Source: an uncultured Victivallis sp. (GTDB taxonomy: Bacteria; Verrucomicrobiota; Lentisphaeria; Victivallales; GWF2-50-93). Taken from it: 64,000 nt of DNA. A program made the translations under genes and the position numbers. The notes below the pieces were generated by a model. It was not told the DNA's origin and ran no database searches. It worked only from the letters and a program-made list of their open reading frames with translations. This document shows, piece by piece, positions 27,611 through 37,194 of this stretch (position 1 is its first letter; every line of letters starts with the position of its first letter). The DNA lies in assembly GCA_964600895.1 (NCBI GenBank), contig CAZRKP010000004.1:125321-189320 (forward strand). The letters run 5' to 3'.

Positions 27611-28897
27611 CTATTGCTTGATCATGAACTCCGGCTTGAGTGCAGGATCCGTCATCAGATAAGTTGTGTTTGTCGGGAATGCAAACTTCAGTCCTTCCTT
27701 GTTGAATCTCCTCAGTATCTCAAGATTGTTCCTGTGGACCCATCCGAGAAATTCAAAATAGTCGTTGGAGAAATACCATGTGACCACATAAATGTTTAGC
27801 GACCAGTCGTTGAAGGAGTTGAAGAAAATCTTTGGAGGAAATTCACTGTTCATGTTCTCATGCTTATCAAAGACCTCCTTGAGTATCCTGATCGCCTTCT
27901 CCATGTCCTCTGCGGAAGTGTCATAGACCAGGGTAAGGTTCATCTCATGTTTTATCGAGGGGCGCTTGCTTATGTTTTCTATGGTCGCATTCGCCATGTT
28001 CTTGTTGGGGATCACAACCAGATGTCCCTTAAGGGTTCTGAGCTTGGTGCTTCTGAATCCGATAAGTTCAATGCGTCCTGTTATGTCATCGACCTTAATA
28101 AGTTCTCCGGCCTTGAACGGCTGGTCTATGATGACCATTATGGAACCGAATACATTGGCTATGGTGTCCTGGGCGGCAAATGCGATCGCAAGTCCGGCCA
28201 CCCCTGCGCCTGCAAGAAGAGTTGTGACGTCGAAATTGAAAATGTTCTTCCCTATGAACAGTATGGAAAATAGGATCACTATGAACTTGAGGGTCCTGCT
28301 GATGGCGGGAACGACCAGATGATCGAGATTATTGTCGCTCCTATTGGCAAAGTTGCCCACCAGGTAGTCAACCACCGAGACAAGCCTGAATGCCGCCCAT
28401 GCGACTGCAACAGCCGCTATCGCCGTGCAGGTTTTCCATGAAAACATGATAAGCTTTTCGGACATGAAGGGGAAGAGCAACGAACATGAGCAATACAATC
28501 CGATCGAGAAGATCACCAGCGAGATCGGCCTGCCTATCGCCTCAAAGACAAGATCATCCATCTTTGTCTCTGTCTTTGATGCAAGCCGGGATATGTACTT
28601 TTCGAGCACCCACCTGAACATTCTTGCAATAAAAAGGGTCAGTATGATCCCGGCGAGGAACAGATATATGTCAGTTGCAGACAGCTTATCATAATGGAAA
28701 TTCTTGCCTGTCCTGGAAAGTATGTCCTCAAACGCCCTTTCAATACTGCTGGCGGACTGAGCAACCATTCCGTTCTCCTCCACCTTCACAGGAGCATTGT
28801 TCTCCTGGGACCAAATGCGTCCTGCAGGAAATACCATGAAGGCTGCAAACGCCAGCATGGAAAGGAATCCAACATGCAAATTCCAATATCTCTTCAT
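27611..28897 (-). CDS. mechanosensitive ion channel (MscS) family protein
   Basis: GGAGGAGGAG RBS and multiple TM segments. MscS core: AFAAQDTIANVFGSIMVIIDQPFKAGELIKVDDITGRIELIGFRSTKLRT. Confidence 0.9.
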   Translation of the reverse strand: MKRYWNLHVGFLSMLAFAAFMVFPAGRIWSQENNAPVKVEENGMVAQSASSIERAFEDILSRTGKNFHYDKLSATDIYLFLAGIILTLFIARMFRWVLEKYISRLASKTETKMDDLVFEAIGRPISLVIFSIGLYCSCSLLFPFMSEKLIMFSWKTCTAIAAVAVAWAAFRLVSVVDYLVGNFANRSDNNLDHLVVPAISRTLKFIVILFSILFIGKNIFNFDVTTLLAGAGVAGLAIAFAAQDTIANVFGSIMVIIDQPFKAGELIKVDDITGRIELIGFRSTKLRTLKGHLVVIPNKNMANATIENISKRPSIKHEMNLTLVYDTSAEDMEKAIRILKEVFDKHENMNSEFPPKIFFNSFNDWSLNIYVVTWYFSNDYFEFLGWVHRNNLEILRRFNKEGLKFAFPTNTTYLMTDPALKPEFMIKQ

Positions 28898-29449
28898 TTC
28901 TCCTCCTCCATTCCAATAAATATTCCATTATGCATTTGAAGTAATGGTACCTCTAAAAATTCACAATTGGTGCGTTGCGGAAGATTTTTGAAAGCTTAAA
29001 AAGAATTTCTGACTGGAGGTGTACCCAAAGCGGTACGCCGAAGGAAGAATATTCTTCTTTAAGCCAAAAAGATACGCAACCAGTAGGGCAAAAGATATTT
29101 ATGTATTCTGGCTTTGTCAAGACATTGCTCAAATACCGCACTGGGTATTCTCGCAATATTTTTCCTCGCCATTTCTCCATAATTTACTTTTGCGCGCCAT
29201 TCGTCAATTTTTAGATATACCATTATACCAATAAAAACCGATTGAAGCGTTTGTCAAGCCAGACGTCTTCATACTGCAATCATTTTGTCCTGTGTCCACT
29301 GTTTCAATATCAGCATATCAGCAAGGAGTCTTTTCATGTATAAAATTTTTCGATGATCGGAAGGACCGGAAAAGATACTTGTGATGTGTGATGAAGCAAA
29401 TAGGCGGTATTGGAAGTGTCGAACTTATGGTGGAACCGCTAATCTTAAC

Positions 29450-30697
29450 TCAGTTCCGCTTAAATACCCGTATGTCGCGCATGCATGCCTTCCCATCTGA
29501 CTCAAGTATCTGTATCAGCACTTCCTTTGCGCGTATGAGCGGGAACTGGCATATCGCCTTGTGGCCGATGTTGTATCCTTCATAGACTGTGATGTGTTTT
29601 CCGGTCGTATATGGCATGATCGAAATCCGGAAGCGCCTGACCGTCTCACCCCGCCTTAAATCCTCCTGAAGGATGACAGTATCCATGAAAAATGATTTTC
29701 CGTTTCCTGCATCATAGCTCCAAGTATCGCCTTTGCATCTGAAATCCTTGAACGAGAGGACCGGTTCTGAAAAACTCCGTCTTATCTCTGTTCCAAACTT
29801 TATGAGGTTTTCCTTATCCTTCTTCGGAAAAAGTCCGCGCCGGTCAGGTCCTATGTTGAGCAGCATGTTGCAGCCACGTCCAACGGAATAACAATATATG
29901 CCTACAAGCTCATCGACGCTTTTCACGGTATGGCAATCCTCGTCGCTGTAGAACCACTTGAAATCCCTCATCATCAGATCGCATTCGGCAGGAAGCCAGA
30001 GTTTCTTCCCGAGTTTCTCCTTCTTTCCTGTTAGCACTGAAAAATCCACTGCATCGACCGTGTTCCAGATCGGCATCGGGGCTATACCGGCCTCGTTTCC
30101 TACCCAGCGGTAATCCGGATCCCCCATGTTGAAGATAAGGATGCCGGGCTGCATTTTGCGAATTTCGCGCATTATCCGCGGCCAATCATACTTGTGCCCT
30201 TCGGAATGGCAGCCATCGAACCATAGCAGGTCTATTCTACCGTGTCCTGTGAGTATTTCGCGGATCTGCTTGATGAAGTATTCGTCATACGCTTTAGGAT
30301 CGGAATATACCGGACAGCTGATGTCCGCAGGAGAATAATAGAGTCCTACCTTAAGCCCATGCCTGCGGCACGCATCGGCAAACTCCTTCACCACATCGCC
30401 ACGCCCTTTCTTCCATGGAGAAGACGCAACGCTGAAACCGGTATATTTCGACGGCCAGTTGGCGAAGCCATCATGGTGTTTGGCGGTCATGATCATGTAT
30501 TTCGCTCCGGCGTCCGACGCAGCTTTGGCCCAGTCATTGCAGTCAAGGTGCTTCGGGTTGAATTTCGCGGGATCCATCGGTTTCCCGTCCCAGTCGCGGT
30601 GCCCTTCGTAAAACGTCCTTATCCCGAAATGTATAAATATTCCGAACTCCCAGTCCTGAAACTCAAGCTGTCTCTTCGACGGAATGCTCTTTTTCAT
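29450..30697 (-). CDS. alpha-L-fucosidase, GH29
   Basis: Motifs: WEFGIFIHFGIRTF, GAKYMIMTAKHHDGFANWPSKYT. There is also a C-terminal beta-sandwich-like region. Confidence 0.85.
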   Translation of the reverse strand: MKKSIPSKRQLEFQDWEFGIFIHFGIRTFYEGHRDWDGKPMDPAKFNPKHLDCNDWAKAASDAGAKYMIMTAKHHDGFANWPSKYTGFSVASSPWKKGRGDVVKEFADACRRHGLKVGLYYSPADISCPVYSDPKAYDEYFIKQIREILTGHGRIDLLWFDGCHSEGHKYDWPRIMREIRKMQPGILIFNMGDPDYRWVGNEAGIAPMPIWNTVDAVDFSVLTGKKEKLGKKLWLPAECDLMMRDFKWFYSDEDCHTVKSVDELVGIYCYSVGRGCNMLLNIGPDRRGLFPKKDKENLIKFGTEIRRSFSEPVLSFKDFRCKGDTWSYDAGNGKSFFMDTVILQEDLRRGETVRRFRISIMPYTTGKHITVYEGYNIGHKAICQFPLIRAKEVLIQILESDGKACMRDIRVFKRN

Positions 30698-30740
30698 GTT
30701 TGATTATCCTATTCATTTATATGGAAATTGCATTATCAAC

Positions 30741-30807
30741 GGAGGGCGGACATTCTTCTTGTCCGCCATTTGAATTGCGATTTGGCGGGTTGGAAAACCC
30801 GCCCTCC
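30741..30807 (+). repeat. double-hairpin REP-like element, copy 1 (orientation A)
   Basis: Sequence: ggagggcggac-attcttctt-gtccgcc ... ggcgggtt-ggaa-aacccgccctcc. It lies between the clan GH-A gene stop (30815) and the GH29 start (30697). Confidence 0.7.
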
Positions 30808-30814
30808 TTTGAAA

Positions 30815-33358
30815 TTATTTTATGACTAAATAAACCGGCGTGCTGCCAACTGTTACTCCGCCATCTGCGGGCACCATCTCATTTCCCCAGATGTCCAGTG
30901 CAGTTGATCCCGCAGGCACCTGCAGCTTTTTGTCCTGTCCGTCCAAACTCCAGCAGACCGTGACCTGTTTTCCGCGGATCGGTTCGAAGGCATAGCATTC
31001 GACGCCATCGGACTCGGTTCGTTCCTTGAAATTCGCGCCATCGGTCAGCCATGCGAATATCGCACGTGCCGCAAGAAGTGGTTTTATTGCGCGCCCAACC
31101 TCGGTGGCACGGCAAGAGTTTTCTCCTTCCGCAGGATCCAGGTGGATCGCATAATAGAAGAACTTCTGCACCCCAGCAGCCCGAAGACAGGTGTCGAACC
31201 TGACAATGTATGCGGGTTGAAGATTATATTTCAGTCCTGGCGCGTCTGGCTTGAGGAATGAACCGAGTTCGAAGACTCCTCCCTCGGTGTTCCAGATCGG
31301 TTTCACCTTTCCGAATTTCTCCTGCCATTTTCGCAGCTGCTCAACCTGAAGATTGCAGCGGTTCTGCTTCTCCGCCCCTCCGGCGATTGCATCGCTGTAG
31401 TCGTGATAAGAGAATATATCAAAAACTTCGGTTCCACCCTGAAGCGCACCTTCGGTCCATTTTTCATGCCCGGCATATGTATCAACTCCCACAATCTTTG
31501 CTTTCGGATTGTTTGCCGCTGCGGAAGCCTTCGCCTGTCTCATGAATTCGACGTACATCTTGGGATCTCCACCGGCACTCAGGAACCAGTCACCCCACGG
31601 CTCGTTCCAGATCTCCCAGTCATCGATACGTCCCTTGTAATGGCTGATCGCGGTATCGCAGTAGTTCCTCCATTTCTCCTTCCAGTCGGCACGGGTGGGA
31701 ATGGTCCAGTAACTCCAGTATCCTCCGCGGTCCTTGCTCCCCATCCATGGCGGAGCACCATCAAGCATCCCAAGGATCATCAGTCCTTCCTTCTTTGCCA
31801 GATCGACGTTCTCGTCATAGAATTTGAATTCCCCTTCCTTCGGCTCAAGGGAATTCCACTTCCCTATCATTGACGAGTCATGCAACCGGACCCAGCGCTG
31901 TCCGGTCAACTTCGCGATACTGATATAGTCGCCGACCAGCGGGATATGAATTCCGAAATATGAGACTCCGGGATCGGGAAGTTCCACAGGACGTGGAAGC
32001 CGTGCCCATGTTATCTCCTGTTTCGCGGAGACCTGCTGTCCTTTTGCATCGACCAGCATGGCGGACATCTTGAATATCCCCCTCTTCAAAGCGTCAGCTG
32101 CAACATCAAGTGTTCCTGCATCATCAAGATTCATATCCGCCGCCCCGAGCTTCTTTCCATACAGATCCTGAACCTCAATCCGTATCTTCATGTCATTTTT
32201 TTGCGCAGGTGCGACGCCAATCTTGAACGCTGCCTTCTCTCCGTCGAAGAAGATGTGGCCGATCCGATCACACATGACCGTGAACTCATATGGAAAATTC
32301 TCGGAATACTCCTTCGAAGGCTCCGGTTTTGCCTCAATCATGACGCCATCCACGTAAACCGTATAATCCGAATCCATCTTTGGAATATTGATCTGGAGCC
32401 ATGTGAACTTCTTGAACTTCTCCATCTTTCCCTTGAAAGTAAATCTTTTCCATTCAGGGCCTACGGTAAATTTCGGTAACCACATGTTCGTATCAGCAAG
32501 TCCCGCATCGAGTTTGATCTCCCGTGTCGCCCTTGCCCAGAGGCTTATGCTGTAGACCTGGCCTTTCGTGGTCGATACTGCAGATGAACGGATTTGTCCG
32601 GAAGCCTCTTTTGGAATTTCTATCGAAAGTGATTTCGTTCCTACCGCCCCTTCATTGGAAAGCCGGGGTCGGGGATCGAGGAGCTTGATATTATCAGGTC
32701 CTTCAACATGGAAAGACCAGTTTTCAGGAATTCCAGCCTCGAAGGATGCGTTCGAAAGGATGTTGCCTTCCGGCGGAGGTGGAATCTGCGTTGGATCCAC
32801 GATCTCTATCGAGGCGTCATCCACCCAGAACGTGGCAGGCGAGTTCACCCAGATGATAAAGATGACCTTATCGTCCTTCGGTATTTCGGCCTGTATGCTG
32901 AATTCGCGCCATTCCGGAGAAAGTGTCGCGCTTTCGGTCCCGTATGTCTGGTACGGGCCTTCCAGCTGTCGGAGCCCGAATGTCAGCGTTGTACTTGGAC
33001 TTCCGCGCAGCCAAAGCTTGCCCTGGTATATCTTTCCCTTCTCAGCCTTGAACGAATGTACGAACTGGACGGCTCCTGAAGTGACGCGTTTCACCTCGAT
33101 CTTCTGGCAAGCCTTGCCGGAATGAGGATTGCCTTCATCCCTGGAATAAACCGCCCCTACGTCTGCCCATGACGAATTGTCACTCCACTCCGAAGCGGTC
33201 TCACCTGTGATCTCAGCGTTCGCGTTCCAGTTTTTCTCCTTCTGTGGAACCGGACGGAAATCCTTTTCGAAATCATCCTGGTATATCACCTGTCCGGACG
33301 CGCTTCCGAGTAATGTAAATCCGAGTAGGACGCTGAGAATTGCATAGCTATTAAACAT
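30815..33358 (-). CDS. exported multi-domain glycoside hydrolase: CBM-like jelly-roll domains plus clan GH-A TIM barrel
   Basis: ORF 30815..33502. The start MFNSYAILSVLLGFTLLGSASG at 33358 has AGGAGA 5 nt upstream. Motifs: NASFEAG (CBM4/9-like), DDWEIWNEPW (acid/base), IWNTEGG (nucleophile). GH family not assigned. Confidence 0.8.
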   Translation of the reverse strand: MFNSYAILSVLLGFTLLGSASGQVIYQDDFEKDFRPVPQKEKNWNANAEITGETASEWSDNSSWADVGAVYSRDEGNPHSGKACQKIEVKRVTSGAVQFVHSFKAEKGKIYQGKLWLRGSPSTTLTFGLRQLEGPYQTYGTESATLSPEWREFSIQAEIPKDDKVIFIIWVNSPATFWVDDASIEIVDPTQIPPPPEGNILSNASFEAGIPENWSFHVEGPDNIKLLDPRPRLSNEGAVGTKSLSIEIPKEASGQIRSSAVSTTKGQVYSISLWARATREIKLDAGLADTNMWLPKFTVGPEWKRFTFKGKMEKFKKFTWLQINIPKMDSDYTVYVDGVMIEAKPEPSKEYSENFPYEFTVMCDRIGHIFFDGEKAAFKIGVAPAQKNDMKIRIEVQDLYGKKLGAADMNLDDAGTLDVAADALKRGIFKMSAMLVDAKGQQVSAKQEITWARLPRPVELPDPGVSYFGIHIPLVGDYISIAKLTGQRWVRLHDSSMIGKWNSLEPKEGEFKFYDENVDLAKKEGLMILGMLDGAPPWMGSKDRGGYWSYWTIPTRADWKEKWRNYCDTAISHYKGRIDDWEIWNEPWGDWFLSAGGDPKMYVEFMRQAKASAAANNPKAKIVGVDTYAGHEKWTEGALQGGTEVFDIFSYHDYSDAIAGGAEKQNRCNLQVEQLRKWQEKFGKVKPIWNTEGGVFELGSFLKPDAPGLKYNLQPAYIVRFDTCLRAAGVQKFFYYAIHLDPAEGENSCRATEVGRAIKPLLAARAIFAWLTDGANFKERTESDGVECYAFEPIRGKQVTVCWSLDGQDKKLQVPAGSTALDIWGNEMVPADGGVTVGSTPVYLVIK

Positions 33359-33422
33359 ATAATCTCCTAATTGATTTTTTTCCATCCATCCAAACATCCA
33401 TTTACCCAACCATCCTTTTCCC

Positions 33423-34208
33423 TTACTGCCTGTATTCTGGCCTGACCCAGTTGCCGGTGACCATCCATGAGTCGCCCCCGGGCGGGGCGGTATATGTGTC
33501 ATCGACTTTCATCTTTGTGACGTGCCCGTCGCAGAAGAGCCAGTTCTGCATCTTCCCGTGGATAATTGTGCTTCCACTACTGACATATTGGTTGGGGCCG
33601 ACGCAGTTGGCATCTATCTGGAAGCCTGCGACGTTCGTCCCCTTGCTGCCGTTCCTGGGTTGGAATTCCACAAGCATTAGGGTGTCGGCGTCGCATTTTG
33701 TGATTTTTACGCCGGGAGTCTCGTTGTTCGTCTCGCTGGCCCATGCTCCCGCACCGCGCATGGTGTACGGTTCGCTGACCCCGCTCATGGGAGTCGGCAT
33801 TGCATAGCTGCGGATCCCTTCGCCGGGACCAGGCACAGCGCCAGCCCAACCGGGAACCTCGCGGTTGGCGAAATCCTCTGCGCAGGCCAGTACGTCAGCC
33901 TTCCTGTAGTATGTGAAGTTTACTCGGCCGTTGCGGAGGAGGCCGATGTTTTCTGATATGGCGGTATCCCAGGGGACCCACTGGTTTTCACCGCCGCCCG
34001 GATATCCCTTGAATCCGTACGGCAGATACTCTCCATTTTCGCCACAGTACATTAACATTCCGAGGCCGATCTGCTTCATGTTGTTCATGCATGCGATCGC
34101 GCGGGCAGTCGCCTTCGCCCTGCTGAGCGCCGGAAGCAGGAGCGCGGCGAGAATTGCGATGATCGCAATGACGACCAATAATTCAATCAAGGTGAATTTT
34201 CTTTTCAT
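33423..34208 (-). CDS. prepilin-type N-terminal domain protein, H-X9-DG-like (P4)
   Basis: N-terminus MKRK|[33 protein letters not shown]-terminal [13 protein letters not shown] is an exact H-X9-DG. AGGAGA RBS. The ATG lies 1 nt after the LacI stop. Confidence 0.9.
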   Translation of the reverse strand: MKRKFTLIELLVVIAIIAILAALLLPALSRAKATARAIACMNNMKQIGLGMLMYCGENGEYLPYGFKGYPGGGENQWVPWDTAISENIGLLRNGRVNFTYYRKADVLACAEDFANREVPGWAGAVPGPGEGIRSYAMPTPMSGVSEPYTMRGAGAWASETNNETPGVKITKCDADTLMLVEFQPRNGSKGTNVAGFQIDANCVGPNQYVSSGSTIIHGKMQNWLFCDGHVTKMKVDDTYTAPPGGDSWMVTGNWVRPEYRQ

Positions 34209-34209
34209 G

Positions 34210-35262
34210 TTATCTTCTCCTTGTTTTAATTTCCGCTGTCACCTCAACACAGCTTTCCCCTTTCTCCCATACAGGTGTCGTCAGCCGGCTCGGAATCTTT
34301 TCAGCAGGCCTGGAGATTTTTTTCATTAGCATCTCCACCGCGATCCTTCCTATATCCACCTCGGGAAGCGTTATATAATCAAGCTGTATGCCCATTGAAC
34401 GGTCCTGATGGTCGCCAAACATCACAAATGAAACATCGTCCGGAACCCTGATCCCCTTCCTTGTCATCTGCATCATGAAGAATGGGGCATCCGCATGCTG
34501 ATATCCAATTACCGCCGTAGGAGTTCTTGTCCGGAAGGAATCCCACCACGCATTGAAGCTTTCCTTCTTTTTAACATGGTCGAAATCCATCAGTCCTGGC
34601 TTCATAGGTGACAATCCGCATTTCTTCATGCCTCGCAGATATCCGTCTTGTCGGTTCTTCACGCTGTGAGGTTCCTGTGAAGGAGAAGGGGAAGGAAACG
34701 CATGAAGGTATGCTATCCTCCTGTGCCCCATCGCGTACAGTCTCCGGACTGCCATTTCAGCGCCTTCGCCATCATCCGGGCACACGCAATCATACGGGAG
34801 ATCACGGTTGATCCATATTGCCGGTATCTTGTAGTTAGAAATAATTCTGTCCAGGGCTGGAGGGACCAGATGCGAGTAGTTTAGAATGAGTCCGTCGACG
34901 GATAGCTCCGAAAGGACTCGTGGCATAAGCTCCTCTGATGTAAGCTTGTCGTCGGAGAACCTTGAGAATATCACGAGCTTGTCGTTCTCCTGTGCCGCAT
35001 ATATGATGGCGTCCTGCATGCTCAACGGCAGGTAACTGCGGTGTCCTTCCGTGCTGAGGAGGACGGCGATCATTCCGGTGCTTCCGGACTTTATGGCACG
35101 GGAGCTGGCGTTCGGACGATATCCCATGCTGAGGGCTGTCCTGCGGATCCTTTCGCGGAGTTCTGGTCCGACCTTCGGACTGTCTGTGAATGCGCAGGAC
35201 ACCGTGGCCTGGTTTATTCCGAGCACCTGTGCTATTTCCGCCTGTGTCACCGGCTTCTTCAT
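34210..35262 (-). CDS. LacI family transcriptional regulator
   Basis: ORF 34210..35334. The start [25 protein letters not shown] at 35262 has GGAGGGAAGA upstream. A PBP1-type effector domain follows. Confidence 0.9.
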   Translation of the reverse strand: MKKPVTQAEIAQVLGINQATVSCAFTDSPKVGPELRERIRRTALSMGYRPNASSRAIKSGSTGMIAVLLSTEGHRSYLPLSMQDAIIYAAQENDKLVIFSRFSDDKLTSEELMPRVLSELSVDGLILNYSHLVPPALDRIISNYKIPAIWINRDLPYDCVCPDDGEGAEMAVRRLYAMGHRRIAYLHAFPSPSPSQEPHSVKNRQDGYLRGMKKCGLSPMKPGLMDFDHVKKKESFNAWWDSFRTRTPTAVIGYQHADAPFFMMQMTRKGIRVPDDVSFVMFGDHQDRSMGIQLDYITLPEVDIGRIAVEMLMKKISRPAEKIPSRLTTPVWEKGESCVEVTAEIKTRRR

Positions 35263-35477
35263 TCTTCCCTCCAAATCTCTTTTGCTTAGCAATACCATAC
35301 GTATGGTATTTTGCCATTTCAAGCCACGGAACAAATATTTATTGAAGTTTTTTCAGAAGACATTGGAGTGTAGGTCTTCCAGGTTCTTCCTGTGGCAATA
35401 AACTGACGGACCCAATGCAGGATTATCTTGAAATTTCCGTCTTTTACGTTTGACAATATGGATCAAGTGAAATATTA

Positions 35478-35497
35478 TAGGTTAACCGTATAACCTA
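35478..35497. promoter_or_regulatory. palindrome TAGGTTA-N6-TAACCTA, candidate operator just upstream of the LacI gene at 35509
   Basis: Perfect 7-bp arms at 35478-35484 and 35491-35497. It overlaps the RBS region in the divergent LacI/LacI intergenic region. Confidence 0.3.
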
Positions 35498-35508
35498 AGA
35501 GGACTTGA

Positions 35509-36501
35509 ATGGCGGTCATAAGAGACATAGCGGAAAAGGCAGGCGTGTCGACCGCCGCCGTGTCGATTGCGCTCCATGGCGGTTCAGGCAGGACAAGGGT
35601 CTCGGCTGATAAGACAAAGCTGATAAGAAAGATAGCCAATGAGCTCAACTACCGGTTGAACTCAGCTGCGAGGATGATGTCCTCGAGCAGGACCGGACAG
35701 ATCGGAGTGCTCCTCAGGAACTCGCCTGACGCCCCAATGTGCAATCCCGCCAACTTCGAAACGGTGCTTGGAATAGGTGAAGAGCTTTCAAACATGGGGT
35801 ATGTACAGATGCTGGTCCCCCTCGCCGGCATTAAGAAGGGAATAAAGGGATCTAACAGGATTTTCAGCGAGCAGCTTCTGGACGGCATAATAGTAATGGA
35901 TGCACATCAGAGCAGCCTATATTCCTTTGTCAAAAGGAATTTCCAGCACTTCATTTTCCTTGAGACGAACTCCTGGTACAGGACCTCATGCCTGCGCAGG
36001 GATGATCGGAAGACCGGTATGCTTGCCGCAAAAGCCATGATTGATTCCGGATACCGCAGGATCATCTATCTTGGTCCGGAAAGATCTTCATCAATGCATT
36101 TCAGCGTGCTCGAAAGGCATGAGGGTGTTTTAGAGACTGCCTCCGGCAGATCCGTTGACTTTGATTCCATGGAGATTTCCGATGACAAAGATATTGAACT
36201 CCTGAAGAAGGAGATTAAGGCGGATACGGGATTCATATGCTATGATACGTTGTTGGCTAGGAAATTGCACATGATGATGTCGGAGTCGGGATTGCTCCCA
36301 CCTCGCGACTATGGACTTGTGTGCTGCGACGATACACATGAAACAGGACTTGTTTTCCCATCGCTCAGCAGGATTGGCAATGACCGCTATGAAACGGGAA
36401 GACTGGCTGCCAGGATGCTCGTGGATTCGATCCAGGATGTCAAACCGATGACTTCCCGGTTGATTGATGTATCATTTATCAAAGGCAATACAATAAAATA
36501 A
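35509..36501 (+). CDS. LacI family transcriptional regulator
   Basis: HTH segment MAVIRDIAEKAGVSTAAVSIALHG, followed by a PBP1-like effector domain. Confidence 0.9.
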   Translation: MAVIRDIAEKAGVSTAAVSIALHGGSGRTRVSADKTKLIRKIANELNYRLNSAARMMSSSRTGQIGVLLRNSPDAPMCNPANFETVLGIGEELSNMGYVQMLVPLAGIKKGIKGSNRIFSEQLLDGIIVMDAHQSSLYSFVKRNFQHFIFLETNSWYRTSCLRRDDRKTGMLAAKAMIDSGYRRIIYLGPERSSSMHFSVLERHEGVLETASGRSVDFDSMEISDDKDIELLKKEIKADTGFICYDTLLARKLHMMMSESGLLPPRDYGLVCCDDTHETGLVFPSLSRIGNDRYETGRLAARMLVDSIQDVKPMTSRLIDVSFIKGNTIK

Positions 36502-36510
36502 GGAGGAAGC

Positions 36511-37065
36511 ATGAAGAAAATGCTGATGCTGGTAGTGCTGGCCGTGTCCCTGTGCGTGCTGGCGGAGGATCTGAAACCGGAAGGAAGGCTTGATGTAGAC
36601 GGAACAAAAGATGGTATCGCGCTGAAGGCTGAGGATCTGTCACAGGGGGGCTGGACTGGCAACGCCTCCTGGATGGACGCCACAAAGAACAAGCAGTACA
36701 TCATGGTTGTTTTCAAGGCTGAATCCGAATGGAAGAACGGTTCATTCTCCTTCACGCCCGACAAGGACGGCATCGTCACCATCGCCCTGAAGAGCCGCTG
36801 GGTGGAAAAGGGGAAGGAGGTCCCATGGACGCTTTTTGACGATGTAACGGTCGATGGAGCAGAGCTCAAGAACGGTGACTTTGAAAAGGATACTTCCGAC
36901 TGGACATTGTATGGAGAAGGTGAGAACAAGGCAACTATCGTCGGCAAAGGGCATTCGAGCACCTATGCCGTGCTGGTCTCCCATGATTCCTGGGCCGGGC
37001 AGACGATAAAGGTGAAAGCCGGCAAGAAGGTCAAGATCAGCTACTGGTACAAGTCGGCCGACTGA
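36511..37065 (+). CDS. small exported protein consisting of a CBM4/9/22-like jelly-roll domain
   Basis: AGGAGG RBS 10 nt after the LacI stop. Signal peptide MKKMLMLVVLAVSLCVLA. Motifs: NGDFEKDTSDWTLYGEG, GQTIKVKAGKKVKISYWYK. Confidence 0.7.
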   Translation: MKKMLMLVVLAVSLCVLAEDLKPEGRLDVDGTKDGIALKAEDLSQGGWTGNASWMDATKNKQYIMVVFKAESEWKNGSFSFTPDKDGIVTIALKSRWVEKGKEVPWTLFDDVTVDGAELKNGDFEKDTSDWTLYGEGENKATIVGKGHSSTYAVLVSHDSWAGQTIKVKAGKKVKISYWYKSAD

Positions 37066-37079
37066 TTTTTTCCAAAATA

Positions 37080-37116
37080 TGCCCATTTCCATGTCTCTAC
37101 TGGAAATGGGCTTTTT
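37080..37116 (+). terminator. rho-independent terminator
   Basis: 11-bp perfect stem gcccatttcca / tggaaatgggc with a 9-nt loop, followed by tttttt (37111-37116). It lies 15 nt after the stop of 36511..37065. Confidence 0.75.
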
Positions 37117-37194
37117 TGCTCTTTGCATTGAAACACTTGGGAAATGCCCTTAAATTATCCGGATATTCCTTATACATAATGAAAGAGGTTTCTC

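Noticed and set aside
28953-29180. A 75-aa ORF (MEKWRGKILREYPVRYL...) in the MscS-GH29 gap as a real gene or IS remnant.
   Set aside because: I see no RBS, no family recognition and no inverted repeats around it. It is left unannotated and the gap is flagged instead.
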